Of a DNA stretch of 64,000 nucleotides, positions 19,401 through 27,961 are shown piece by piece. The stretch's first letter is position 1. Every line of letters begins with the position of its first letter. The notes under the pieces were generated by a model. The model worked only from the letters and a program-made list of their open reading frames with translations. It did no database searches and was not told the origin of the DNA. The translations under genes and the position numbers were made by a program. Origin of the DNA: Calditrichia bacterium (GTDB lineage: Bacteria > Calditrichota > Calditrichia > RBG-13-44-9 > J075); contig JBOEGD010000018.1 of NCBI GenBank assembly GCA_050633245.1, positions 188,084-252,083 of the forward strand, read 5' to 3'.

Positions 19401-22400
19401 GCAGATGCTTCATGGGTATCTGGGCCGCAGAAAGAGGAGCCGCCTTTCCTACAGTCTCATAAATCACTGCAAGAGATTGTCGCTGATTTACATACTCAAT
19501 CGGAGACCATCAAACCTGCAAATGAGCCTGTGGAAGAACAACGAAAAAAAGTCAGCATTGTAATACCGGTATTTAATAAGCTGGAGCTTACACATGCCTG
19601 TTTAAAGACTGTGTTAGAGCATACTGCGTATCCTAACTATGAAGTTATTGTTGTAGACAATGGTTCAACGGATGATACCGCAAACTATTTGAAGAAGGTA
19701 TCTGAACCGCGGATAAGTTCTGTTTTTTCTTCCGAAAATAATGGTTATGTGGGTGGTTGTAATGCTGGCGCAGAGGTAGCCAAGGGCGATTTCTTACTCT
19801 TCTTGAATAATGATACAGAAGTAGAACCTGGTTGGTTGACTGCACTTGTAGATACAATGGATGACCATTCAGATTGTGGTGCTGTAGGGTCTAAACTGGT
19901 GTATCCAAACGGAGCTCTACAGGAAGCAGGTGGTATCATCTTCTCGGATGGCAACGGATGGAATTTTGGCAGAAATATGCTTGCTGAAGATCCACGATTT
20001 AACTACTTACGCGAGGTAGATTACTGCTCGGGTGCAGCGCTTATGGTACGTCGTAATTTGTGGGATGAGTTGGGCGGTTTTGATGAACGTTACGCGCCGG
20101 CATATTATGAGGATACTGACCTATGCTTTGGTGTGCGCAAGTTGGGCTACAAAGTATATTATCAACCCAACAGTGTCGTTGTGCATCTTGAGGGACAAAC
20201 TGCCGGTGTTGATTTACAGAGTGGATTTAAGAAATATCAGGTGATCAACAAGCAAAAGTTTGTAGAGAAGTGGAAGCATGAACTGGCAAATCAGTATAGC
20301 AATGACCCAAAGAATGTGCTTCACGCCGCGAATCGTGGAAGTCGCCAGAGCATTTTGATTGTCGATCCAACCTTGCCTTTCTTTGATCGTGCCTCTGGCG
20401 GGCTGCGCCTGTTTCAAATAGTTGAAATGTTGCTGGAGATGAATTTTCATGTCTCCTTTCTCTCAATTAGTCCGGGTATGAGACAAACCTATCGTCCTAT
20501 TTTACAAAATATGGGAGTTGAAGTCTTTGCCGGATACTGGAAAACGCCGCGTAAATGTGGATTTGAATATGAGGATAACGATCCCTCTGAATTCTATCAG
20601 AAATTTTTGGCAGAACGGCAATACGACTATGCTATGCTGAACTTCTGGGAGGTTGGTGAAAAGTTTATTCCGGCTATTCGCGAATTCTCACCAACGACCC
20701 GTATCTTTGTAGACAGTGTCGACATTCACTTTGTGCGCGAGTTGCGTGAGGCTGAGTTAAACGAAGATCCAGCGGCGACACAAAGAGCATTAGCGAAGAA
20801 GGAACTCGAACTGGCTGTGTACCGGCAGGCAGATCGTTTGTTGGTTGTAACCGAAACCGATCGCCAAGCCGTGGAAGAGCAGCTGGAAGGTATCCCGATA
20901 GATATTGTACCGAATATTCACCGGCAAATTGATGTTGCGAAAAATTATGCTGATAGTGCTAATTTACTTTTTGTTGGAAATTTTCATCATCCGCCCAATA
21001 AGGATGCTGTGGAATTTTTCTGTGCCGAGGCTTTCCCGAAAATACTCCGGGAACAACCCGATATCAAGCTTTTCATTGTCGGGAACGGCTCCCAAAACGC
21101 CGTTGGACATCTCGAATCTTCCAATGTACTGGTTCTTGGATATGTTGAAGATTTAGGAGTATTGTTAAAGAAAGCACGTATCTCGGTAAATCCATTGCGA
21201 TTTGGAGCGGGCATGAAGGGGAAAATCGGTGAGGCTCTCTCCTGGGGATTGCCGGTCGTGACCACACATGTTGGCGCAGAAGGCATGAAGCTGGAAGATG
21301 AACATCACGCATTGATTGCCGATTCGGCAGAGGAATTTGCCGATGCGGTGCTACGTTTATATAATGACGAAAATCTGTGGAAAAGACTCTCTGTCGGCGG
21401 GCGCGAGCATGTGAAAGCCAACTGGGGAAAAGGACATACCTTCAGAAAGCTACAGGAGGTATTCAGCGTCGCTCCAGAAAAGGAAATGCGTGTTGTCACT
21501 ACTGCTTCTGCTAAAAAGCCGCTTGTTTCTATTGTTATACTAACGTGTAATGCACTCGAATATACAATGCAATGTGTCGAGTCTATCCGGAAGACAACCT
21601 CTGTTGATCATGAAATAATCTTTGTTGATAATAAGTCTACCGACAGTACGGTGGATTACTTGCAGAAGCTTACTGAAGAGAATGCCCACTACAAACTGAT
21701 ATGCAATGAGGAAAACCGTGGCTTTGCGGCCGGAAACAATCAGGCCGTTGCTGTGGCAAGCGGGCGATATGTACTTCTGCTAAACAATGACGTTGTGGTT
21801 AACGGTGGTTGGCTGGAAGGGTTAGTAGAGAGTATTGAAATGGATGAGCTGATAGGTACGGTTGGTCCGATAACCAATCGCATCAGCGGTAAGCAAATGG
21901 TGGCAGAGGTTCCGTATGAAGATCTTACCGGCTTTCCCGGCTTTGCTGAACAGGTTCGACGGGCAAATAAAGGAAAAGTGACTCCCCGCCGTCGAATTGC
22001 CGGTTTTGCTATGCTGATGAAAAAAGAACTCTATAATGAGCTTGGTGGATTTGATGAAGATTTCGGAAACGGCAACTTTGAAGACGATGATCTTTGTCTG
22101 CGTATACGGGAAAAAGGTTATGCGGTAATGGTTGATGAGAGCATTTACATTCATCATTTTGGTAGCAGAACTTTCATCGCAAATAATATGGATTATCAGG
22201 CTTCATTGCAGGAAAAAGAAGACGTGTTTAAGCAAAAATGGCCCGCTGTAGATTACCAGAACCTCCTTGAACGAGATCGATCCTTAGCAGAAGAACACAA
22301 CATAGTTTTGGAAGATGCTACCGGGCTTTTAGCAAAAGGCGACCTACAACCGGCTGAGCTGCTTTTTAAAAATGTCTTGGCAGAAAACCCACTCAATATT

Positions 22401-22862
22401 GATGCGCTGTACGGACTGTCAATTATAGAAAAGTGGCAGCAAAATACCGATGATGCTTTAGAAAAATTAGAGCGAATTGTTCGGCTGGATGTGCGTTTTG
22501 CGCCAGCCTATAACGATATCGGGGTTATCTTCAAGGAGCGCGATCAACTATCTGAAGCGCTTGAGATGTTTAAAAAGTCTCTGGAGATTGAGCCGAATTT
22601 TACCGAAGCCAAATTGAATGTCAGTGAGACGCTTATTTTGCGAGATGAGTACGAAAACGGTATCCAGGTGCTGTATGCAATTTTAGCGGAGCAGCCGGAT
22701 AATAGTTCTGCCTTGCTGTATCTTGCACAAATCTATCTTGCAATAGAGCAGTATGGGGAAGCTGAAAAACAAATTCGTCGAGTGCTGGAACTTGAACCTG
22801 ATAATACCTGGGGCAAAGAGTTGCAACTCCAGTTGGAAAGCAACGCAGGTATAGCAAAATGA
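16455..22862 (+). CDS. 2135-aa multidomain glycan-modifying protein: SAM methyltransferase-GT2-TPR-sulfotransferase-GT2-GT4-GT2-TPR
   Basis: LNIGSG...EHLIEHL (MT); LVSILIPAY...FLNDDD (GT2, ~17040); TPRs ~18050-18550; PIFVVGSPRSGTS and HIVRDGRKVVHS (ST, ~18670); VSIVIPVFN...FLNNDT (GT2, ~19550); PLRFGAGMKGKIGEALSWGLPVVTT (GT4); VSIVILTCN...LLNNDV (GT2, ~21520); C-terminal TPRs. Confidence 0.9.
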   Translation: MQDELANKMILLNIGSGSHKLPGFINIDLENGADIVWDVRKELPFDDASVDGIYSEHLIEHLTQAEGARFLRECRRILKPGRQMRLAASDLDHIIPQYGQEEWRAESTMIQRQGWNWVDNTCEQLNLLMRSGRHQWIYNEEEMRRLAETAGFKFSCRCEYGKSEESVFQNLEQRAESLLICEFQRPEFQISDTPGLVSILIPAYKADFFAACLSSALEQDYPSLEIIICDDSEGGEVEQLVKQNDDERIRYVKNEVNIGGRKNYLQCFDLARGDYIKFLNDDDILLPGCVSKMVAAIEEYPQATLITSHRQLIDESGQSLPDKRYNKRPVETSALITGVSAVDTLLTSSLNYIGEPTTTLFRRSDIDGTKPNIFSFGGREALRNGDVTMWVSLLSKGDLIYLHETLSYFRLHDKQVQCSQEYLSKAAKAWEQIRFDATRMGFLHPEWSTVLEISELATLQHEAKLNGIPDAEQTGLPKLILLPTEGQVQPDRPEKLQQLLTDGALPTAVREDCELSSEQENELSECIEKLLNGEIDNALEKIMGLLRQKPASKDVLYAMFNILKQLNSVSKALTYLNKLIILHPDFAPAFDEVGLLQQADDRFETAVEWFHHSISLDPDCRETKLHYADCLLHLGRGEEGLRLLESLANNGDDTDAAALLLVDWYARLKRFTSAVNKIQEVLTKNPDNQAAIELLLKLDQQLDEHQSTQASPVQSVNNTTLSLSKSAAGSNATDKNDGPIFVVGSPRSGTSVLSQSLGKHSQTGLGPESNFLRPLVQAFDIAYDLSTKRGIHHWLSNKGVSKEEFFEKLGTGVDLLFKSKLDQQRWIDQTPEYTRCLSELNMLLPTAHFVHIVRDGRKVVHSMMNSGFDSPWSSDFKAACLTWKEFVLNGLEFERTHPERIIRVYNESITQEPAGELATIQRKLALPFEEATTHFYSSGIKINSSFGGDEEEKADWRTKWSAQQRSVFNEIAGSLLIALGYEADASWVSGPQKEEPPFLQSHKSLQEIVADLHTQSETIKPANEPVEEQRKKVSIVIPVFNKLELTHACLKTVLEHTAYPNYEVIVVDNGSTDDTANYLKKVSEPRISSVFSSENNGYVGGCNAGAEVAKGDFLLFLNNDTEVEPGWLTALVDTMDDHSDCGAVGSKLVYPNGALQEAGGIIFSDGNGWNFGRNMLAEDPRFNYLREVDYCSGAALMVRRNLWDELGGFDERYAPAYYEDTDLCFGVRKLGYKVYYQPNSVVVHLEGQTAGVDLQSGFKKYQVINKQKFVEKWKHELANQYSNDPKNVLHAANRGSRQSILIVDPTLPFFDRASGGLRLFQIVEMLLEMNFHVSFLSISPGMRQTYRPILQNMGVEVFAGYWKTPRKCGFEYEDNDPSEFYQKFLAERQYDYAMLNFWEVGEKFIPAIREFSPTTRIFVDSVDIHFVRELREAELNEDPAATQRALAKKELELAVYRQADRLLVVTETDRQAVEEQLEGIPIDIVPNIHRQIDVAKNYADSANLLFVGNFHHPPNKDAVEFFCAEAFPKILREQPDIKLFIVGNGSQNAVGHLESSNVLVLGYVEDLGVLLKKARISVNPLRFGAGMKGKIGEALSWGLPVVTTHVGAEGMKLEDEHHALIADSAEEFADAVLRLYNDENLWKRLSVGGREHVKANWGKGHTFRKLQEVFSVAPEKEMRVVTTASAKKPLVSIVILTCNALEYTMQCVESIRKTTSVDHEIIFVDNKSTDSTVDYLQKLTEENAHYKLICNEENRGFAAGNNQAVAVASGRYVLLLNNDVVVNGGWLEGLVESIEMDELIGTVGPITNRISGKQMVAEVPYEDLTGFPGFAEQVRRANKGKVTPRRRIAGFAMLMKKELYNELGGFDEDFGNGNFEDDDLCLRIREKGYAVMVDESIYIHHFGSRTFIANNMDYQASLQEKEDVFKQKWPAVDYQNLLERDRSLAEEHNIVLEDATGLLAKGDLQPAELLFKNVLAENPLNIDALYGLSIIEKWQQNTDDALEKLERIVRLDVRFAPAYNDIGVIFKERDQLSEALEMFKKSLEIEPNFTEAKLNVSETLILRDEYENGIQVLYAILAEQPDNSSALLYLAQIYLAIEQYGEAEKQIRRVLELEPDNTWGKELQLQLESNAGIAK

Positions 22863-24232
22863 GAGTCGAAACTTCGCAAAGTAGAAATACCTTATCTGTT
22901 TGCATGATTGTTAAGAACGAGGAGCGATATCTTGGAGATTGCCTCTCGAGCATACAGGCAGTCGCAGATCAACTTATAGTCGTCGATACCGGCTCTGCAG
23001 ATAACACCATTGCAATTGCGGCTGATTTTGAAGCGGAGGTCTATCACTTTAAATGGTGTGATGATTTTGCTAAAGCCCGCAATGAGTCTATTCAATATGC
23101 AACCTGTGATTGGATTCTCTGGCTGGATGCGGATGAAAAACTTTCGTCAGAATCGATCTCTGAGCTTCGCTCACTTATGAAGAAGGAAAGTGGTCCGGTT
23201 GCGTACAATATTCAGATTGACAGCGTAGTAAAAGGTGCCAGTCATTTGTCTACTGCACATCGATTGTTTACCAATAACTATGGGATTTCATTTGAAGGAA
23301 GAATCCACGAGCAAATTTCCTATAGTCTGTTTGCGCTTGGAGGAGAGGAGCGTTTTTCAACCGTACTGTTGCAACATATAGGATATGATAATGCCTATGT
23401 AGAGCAGGCTGGAAAGGCAAAGCGCAATCTCAGCCTTCTGAAAAAAATGATTGCCGACGATCCTGCCAATCGCTATGCCCACTATACTCTTGGACAGCAA
23501 TATGGTTTACTGAGAGATCATAAATCGGCTGTAAAGCATTTTCGTAAGGCAATGCGTGGAAACGTTTTTGAAAAGGCTATGCGTGTGTCATTATTAAATG
23601 CTATGGCAGAATCGCTGATGGAACTCAAACAATTCGATGAAGCCGGGATTCTGTGTAAAAAATCGCAAGGCCTGGTTGCCGAGCAGGTCGGTGTCTATTT
23701 AATTGATTATCGCCTTGCGCTTCGTCAGGAAAACTATAGTGAAGCATTAGTGAAATTGAAAAGGCTCGCAGAAAAAAATCAGCTGCAATCTCATCAGAGA
23801 AAGTCTATCTCTACCGATGTGAAAATACCTGAAATTAAGGTACTCCAGGAATTCACGGAATTATATAAACGGCTGGGATTAAAAGAAGAGCTTGAGGCTA
23901 ACCTTGATAAACTACTAAGCTGCGACCCGGTAAATGAAAAGGCGTTGGCGATGCGCATTCAGCTGGACGTGGAATGCGGTCGGTTTAATGATGCAGAAAA
24001 TTGGCTTTTGAAGCTCCATAGCATCAACAAGGCACATCCTCTGTATCGCAACCTTATGGGAGCTGTACTTATTAAATTGCAGAAGTTTGAGCAGGCAATC
24101 GACTTTTATGAGCGGGAGCTGGAGGAGCAACCCGGCGACGTGCTGTTGATAAAGAGGCTTGTTGGACTACATGCGAAATTGGGACATGTTGGAGTTGCGA
24201 ATACACTGGCACTTCAACTTACGCCGGAGTAA
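22859..24232 (+). CDS. GT2 glycosyltransferase with C-terminal TPRs (protein/flagellin O-glycosyltransferase type)
   Basis: LSVCMIVKNEE...VVDTGSAD...WCDDFAKARN...WILWLDADE...FEGRIHEQ...HIGY, followed by TPRs. Confidence 0.88.
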   Translation: MRVETSQSRNTLSVCMIVKNEERYLGDCLSSIQAVADQLIVVDTGSADNTIAIAADFEAEVYHFKWCDDFAKARNESIQYATCDWILWLDADEKLSSESISELRSLMKKESGPVAYNIQIDSVVKGASHLSTAHRLFTNNYGISFEGRIHEQISYSLFALGGEERFSTVLLQHIGYDNAYVEQAGKAKRNLSLLKKMIADDPANRYAHYTLGQQYGLLRDHKSAVKHFRKAMRGNVFEKAMRVSLLNAMAESLMELKQFDEAGILCKKSQGLVAEQVGVYLIDYRLALRQENYSEALVKLKRLAEKNQLQSHQRKSISTDVKIPEIKVLQEFTELYKRLGLKEELEANLDKLLSCDPVNEKALAMRIQLDVECGRFNDAENWLLKLHSINKAHPLYRNLMGAVLIKLQKFEQAIDFYERELEEQPGDVLLIKRLVGLHAKLGHVGVANTLALQLTPE

Positions 24233-24419
24233 TCTCATTAACGATCTGGTCCAGAATGTCATCGAACATTTTATCTAAATGAGACCGTTTTACTTTCCAT
24301 TGCCCACCTAATTTTATCGCCGGAATTTTACGCTGTTGCACCATGCGATAAACGGTTTGTTCATTTAACTGCAAGTAAGCAGCGACATCCTTTATAGACA
24401 TAATTTCATTTTCAGGCAT
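24219..24419 (-). CDS. Small MerR-like/excisionase-family (HTH_17, BldC-like) DNA-binding protein
   Basis: IMSIKDVAAYLQLNEQTVYRMVQQRKIPAIKLGGQWKV; GAGG RBS upstream. Confidence 0.85.
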   Translation of the reverse strand: MPENEIMSIKDVAAYLQLNEQTVYRMVQQRKIPAIKLGGQWKVKRSHLDKMFDDILDQIVNEITPA

Positions 24420-24602
24420 ACCGGCCTCGATGCAAATATTGACTCATAGTAGCTAATGGACTTTTATACTATTATCGTCCGAGGAAGCACCAGCATAAGT
24501 GGATTTGCCAATATTATCTGCAGTTTATTGCCCTATCGTTTCCAGAAGTTAGTAATTTCCAAATGGATTAGTAAATGTAAACAACATGCGCTAAGTTTTA
24601 CG

Positions 24603-26162
24603 ATGCGAACACCAAAGTTACTCCACGTCTGTCTTATCCTTTTCTTATGTAAATCCCTGTTTTACTGCAATGAGTTTGTTGATGAACCAATCGTTGAACA
24701 ATCTACAATGGATCAAACGGCAAATGGTTTACCAGAGATCAAGCGTGAATTCCGCGCTGCGTGGGTTGCCACGGTAGACAATATCGACTGGCCGACTGAG
24801 CCGGGTTTATCCGCCGGAATGCAGCGCAAGGAAGCAGTGGCTATTCTTGATACTCTGATTATGCTAAACATGAATGCTGTTATTTTGCAGGTGCGCCCGC
24901 AGTGCGATGCAATTTATCCCAGTGAGCTGGAACCGTGGAGTTATTATTTAACGGGCGAGCAGGGGCTAGGGCCCGAGGATGGATACGATCCCCTGGCTTT
25001 CTGGATTAGCGAGGCGCATAAGCGCGGTATTGAGCTGCACGCATGGTTTAATCCATATCGGGCACATCATCCAAAAGGCGGGACAATCGGTCGTTCATCA
25101 ATTGTCAAACAGCGTGCAGATTTGGTTCGTGATGTAGGCAAAGGATATCACTGGTTGAACCCGACGTCTGCTGAGGTGCAAGATTATTCCCTGAGCGTTG
25201 TTATGGATGTCGTGGAGCGCTACGATATCGACGGCGTGCATTTTGATGATTATTTCTATCCCTACGGCGATGGCTCCTTCCCCGATGATGATACCTGGCA
25301 GGCCTATCGGCAGTCTGGTGGCAAGCTTTCTCGCAAAGATTGGCGCCGCGATGCTGTGAATAGTTTTGTCGAGCGCGTCTACACAGAAATTAAATTCAAA
25401 AAGACTCAGGTAAAATTTGGTATTAGCCCATTTGGCATTTGGCGTCCGGAAAACCCGCCGTCAATAAAAGGATTCGATCAGTACGATATGCTTTATGCTG
25501 ATGCACGTTTATGGTTGCAGGAAGGCTGGGTAGATTACTGGACGCCTCAATTGTACTGGTCTATCAGGCAAGTGCCGCAGAGTTATCCGGTGCTATTGCG
25601 CTGGTGGCAGGATCAGAATATTAAGAAACGACATCTCTGGCCGGGAATGCATACGCGCCGTTTTACCGGTAGAAAAGATCCGAATGAGGTGTTGAATCAG
25701 ATTATGATTTCGCGTGGCTTTGAGAAGAATAACCCGGGCCATATTCATTTCAGTATGAAAGCCTTTTTAGGTAATGAGGCGGGTCTTAACAATAAGCTAA
25801 AGCAGCAAATTTATCACGAACAGGCATTAGCCCCGGCAACGCCATGGCTGGATAGTTTGCCGCCGGCCCAACCGGCTGGTGAGCTTCAGCGCGCGGGTGA
25901 TTCGCTTCGTATTCGCTGGAAAGATCACGATCCGTCCGATGTCTTTAAACGTATCGCATGGCTACGTTATCGCGAGAATTGGCAAAGCATTATCCTGCCG
26001 GCTACTGAAAGTGAATTGACAGTTGCAGCTGCAGATAGCGTAATTATACCGCCATGGCGACGTAAACCGCTTAAAAGGCTTTTGCCGCTGCAGGAAGTGG
26101 CGCTCGTTGTTGTAGACAGAAACGGAAATGAAAGTTTGCCTGTTTTTATCAAGCCGAAGTAA
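24603..26162 (+). CDS. GHL10/DUF187 family glycoside hydrolase (YddW/DigH-like), exported
   Basis: REFRAAWVATVDNIDWP; LQVRPQCDA; ELHAWFNPYR; YDIDGVHFDDYFYPY; FGISPFGIW; PQLYW; likely ATG at 24603 before a signal-like segment. Confidence 0.88.
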   Translation: MRTPKLLHVCLILFLCKSLFYCNEFVDEPIVEQSTMDQTANGLPEIKREFRAAWVATVDNIDWPTEPGLSAGMQRKEAVAILDTLIMLNMNAVILQVRPQCDAIYPSELEPWSYYLTGEQGLGPEDGYDPLAFWISEAHKRGIELHAWFNPYRAHHPKGGTIGRSSIVKQRADLVRDVGKGYHWLNPTSAEVQDYSLSVVMDVVERYDIDGVHFDDYFYPYGDGSFPDDDTWQAYRQSGGKLSRKDWRRDAVNSFVERVYTEIKFKKTQVKFGISPFGIWRPENPPSIKGFDQYDMLYADARLWLQEGWVDYWTPQLYWSIRQVPQSYPVLLRWWQDQNIKKRHLWPGMHTRRFTGRKDPNEVLNQIMISRGFEKNNPGHIHFSMKAFLGNEAGLNNKLKQQIYHEQALAPATPWLDSLPPAQPAGELQRAGDSLRIRWKDHDPSDVFKRIAWLRYRENWQSIILPATESELTVAAADSVIIPPWRRKPLKRLLPLQEVALVVVDRNGNESLPVFIKPK

Positions 26163-26213
26163 CTTAATACCGCAATTCTGTTTGATGAACGATATGTAAA
26201 AGAGAGATATGAG

Positions 26214-26567
26214 ATGAAGGCTATTTACTGGGCATCGACCTCGCTGGTTGCGTTGATGATATTTGTCAGTGCGATGACTTATTTATTTCACAAAGGAACG
26301 ATTGATGGCGTGAAAGAACTGGGCTTTCCGGATTTCTTCAGAGTGCAATTGGCTGTTTTAAAGATCATTGGCGTTGCAATGCTCGTTCTTCCCCAGATGC
26401 CGCTACAGGTTAAAGAATGGGCGTATGCCGGAATCGGGCTTTTTTATATAACAGCAATAGTTGCTCATTCTGCGCATGGCGATCCGATAGCGTTATCGCT
26501 TATATCAGTCTTCTTTTTTGCATTGCTGGTAGTTTCCAATGTCTACCTGCATAAAATGTCCTTCTAA
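26214..26567 (+). CDS. DoxX-like family membrane protein
   Basis: IYWAST...LGFPDFF...LKIIG...KEWAYAG...AHSAHGD. Confidence 0.85.
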   Translation: MKAIYWASTSLVALMIFVSAMTYLFHKGTIDGVKELGFPDFFRVQLAVLKIIGVAMLVLPQMPLQVKEWAYAGIGLFYITAIVAHSAHGDPIALSLISVFFFALLVVSNVYLHKMSF

Positions 26568-26609
26568 AAAAAATCCTCTTATCCCGAATTGCAGTCGGAA
26601 TAAGAAGAT
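26566..26609 (-). terminator. Rho-independent terminator for the AhpD-like gene
   Basis: ATCCTCTTATCCCGA / TCGGAATAAGAAGAT inverted repeat whose two mismatches are G-U pairs on the minus strand, followed by a U-run (A8 on +). Confidence 0.65.
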
Positions 26610-26641
26610 AGGTAATGGCAAATCTACTAGAAGGCTGGAAG

Positions 26642-27196
26642 TTACCCTGCTTTGCGAACGCTTTCTGTGCTGACATGCGGGAAGTCGACTTCGGTCTTAA
26701 ACGTTTCGTTGAAGTAGTTTGTGAAAACGTTTAATGCAACGTGAGCAACTATTTCAATGGCATCTTCGCGGCTGAAGCCCGCCTTAAGAACGGCAGCCAG
26801 ATCTCCTTCGATAACGCGACCACGCGTCTCCACCAGCTTTGCTGCAAACACCAAGGCGGCCTGAGTCTTTATGTCTTCAGACTGTCCACGCATATTTCTT
26901 TCGAGCTCTTCAGCGTTTAAGCCTGTTCTTTCTCCTAAATACGTATGCGCTGATGCGCAGTAGTTACAGCCATTCAATCCAGCGACGGTAAGTGCAATTT
27001 GCTCACGCAACCGAGAGCTAAGTGAACCGGCACTTAGAGCGCCATTTAGTTTGAGATAGCCATCAAGGGCTGCCGGAGCATTTGCCATTGTGGTAAAGAT
27101 GTTCGGTGTAGCTCCCATTGCTTGTTTTACACCAGTTAGTAATTCTTTTGCTTTGCCTTCGGCATTGGTCAATTCTACGGGGTTTAAACGTGACAT
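26642..27196 (-). CDS. Carboxymuconolactone decarboxylase/AhpD-family alkylhydroperoxidase
   Basis: REQIALTVAGLNGCNYCASAH (CxxC...H); NVFTNYFN...TEVDFP. Confidence 0.88.
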   Translation of the reverse strand: MSRLNPVELTNAEGKAKELLTGVKQAMGATPNIFTTMANAPAALDGYLKLNGALSAGSLSSRLREQIALTVAGLNGCNYCASAHTYLGERTGLNAEELERNMRGQSEDIKTQAALVFAAKLVETRGRVIEGDLAAVLKAGFSREDAIEIVAHVALNVFTNYFNETFKTEVDFPHVSTESVRKAG

Positions 27197-27235
27197 TTGT
27201 ATTCTCCTAATAGGTTAGTGTATTTACTTTTTTTG

Positions 27236-27295
27236 GGAAACAGATCTGTTTCCTTTTTTTTGAACAAGTATACAGCTCTGTTTCCTTTAAGTCAA
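27236..27295 (-). promoter_or_regulatory. Sigma-70 promoter of the AhpD-like gene overlapped by two TetR operators
   Basis: Minus strand TTGACT(27295-27290)-N17-TATACT(27272-27267); perfect palindrome GGAAACAGATCTGTTTCC at 27236-27253; degenerate copy GTATACAGCTCTGTTTCC at 27268-27285. Confidence 0.8.
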
Positions 27296-27400
27296 GGGAA
27301 AAGTGGATTTTTCTCAAAAAATATTTCTTAAGCTTTGTTTTTAGACGAAAAACTCCTATTTTATGTACACAGAATTGTTTCTTTAATGGGGGAGTTTATC

Positions 27401-27961
27401 ATGCCAAGAGCTAGTCGACGTGAACATCTGGTAGATATTGCGATATCGCTTTTCGGTGAGCATGGCTTTCATGCAACCGGAATAGATCTGTTGTTACAGG
27501 AAGCCGGTGTTTCCAAAAAAACGATGTATCGCTATTTCCGCTCGAAGGAAGAGCTTATCTATGCCGCTTTAAAAAAGAAGGACGGTATTTTTCGAAATGA
27601 GTTTATGAAGGCTGTGGAAGCGTCTGGTATAACGCCGAAAGAAAAGCTGATGGCAATTTTTGATGTCGCAGAGAAGTGGTTCCGGGAAGACTCTTTTTTC
27701 GGTTGCATGTTCGTAAGTGCTATTGCAGAATATTCCTCTGATGATTCTCCGATCAGAGAAATTTGTAAACAGTTTAAAAAGCAAATGTGGGATTATATCT
27801 ATAATCTGGCAGTGCAGAGTGGAGCAGAGAATCCAAAAGAGCTCGCAGATGAGCTGGCTCTATTACTCGATGGTGCCACCTCGATTGCGCAGGTCTCGCA
27901 AAAACCACAGGCTGCCAAGACTGCCAGTAAAATTGCGCGGGTGTTGATTGAAGAGAGTTAG
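27401..27961 (+). CDS. TetR/AcrR family transcriptional regulator
   Basis: LFGEHGFHATGIDLLLQEAGVSKKTMYRYFRSKEELI HTH; FFGCMF; ATG at 27401 after GGGAG. Confidence 0.92.
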   Translation: MPRASRREHLVDIAISLFGEHGFHATGIDLLLQEAGVSKKTMYRYFRSKEELIYAALKKKDGIFRNEFMKAVEASGITPKEKLMAIFDVAEKWFREDSFFGCMFVSAIAEYSSDDSPIREICKQFKKQMWDYIYNLAVQSGAENPKELADELALLLDGATSIAQVSQKPQAAKTASKIARVLIEES

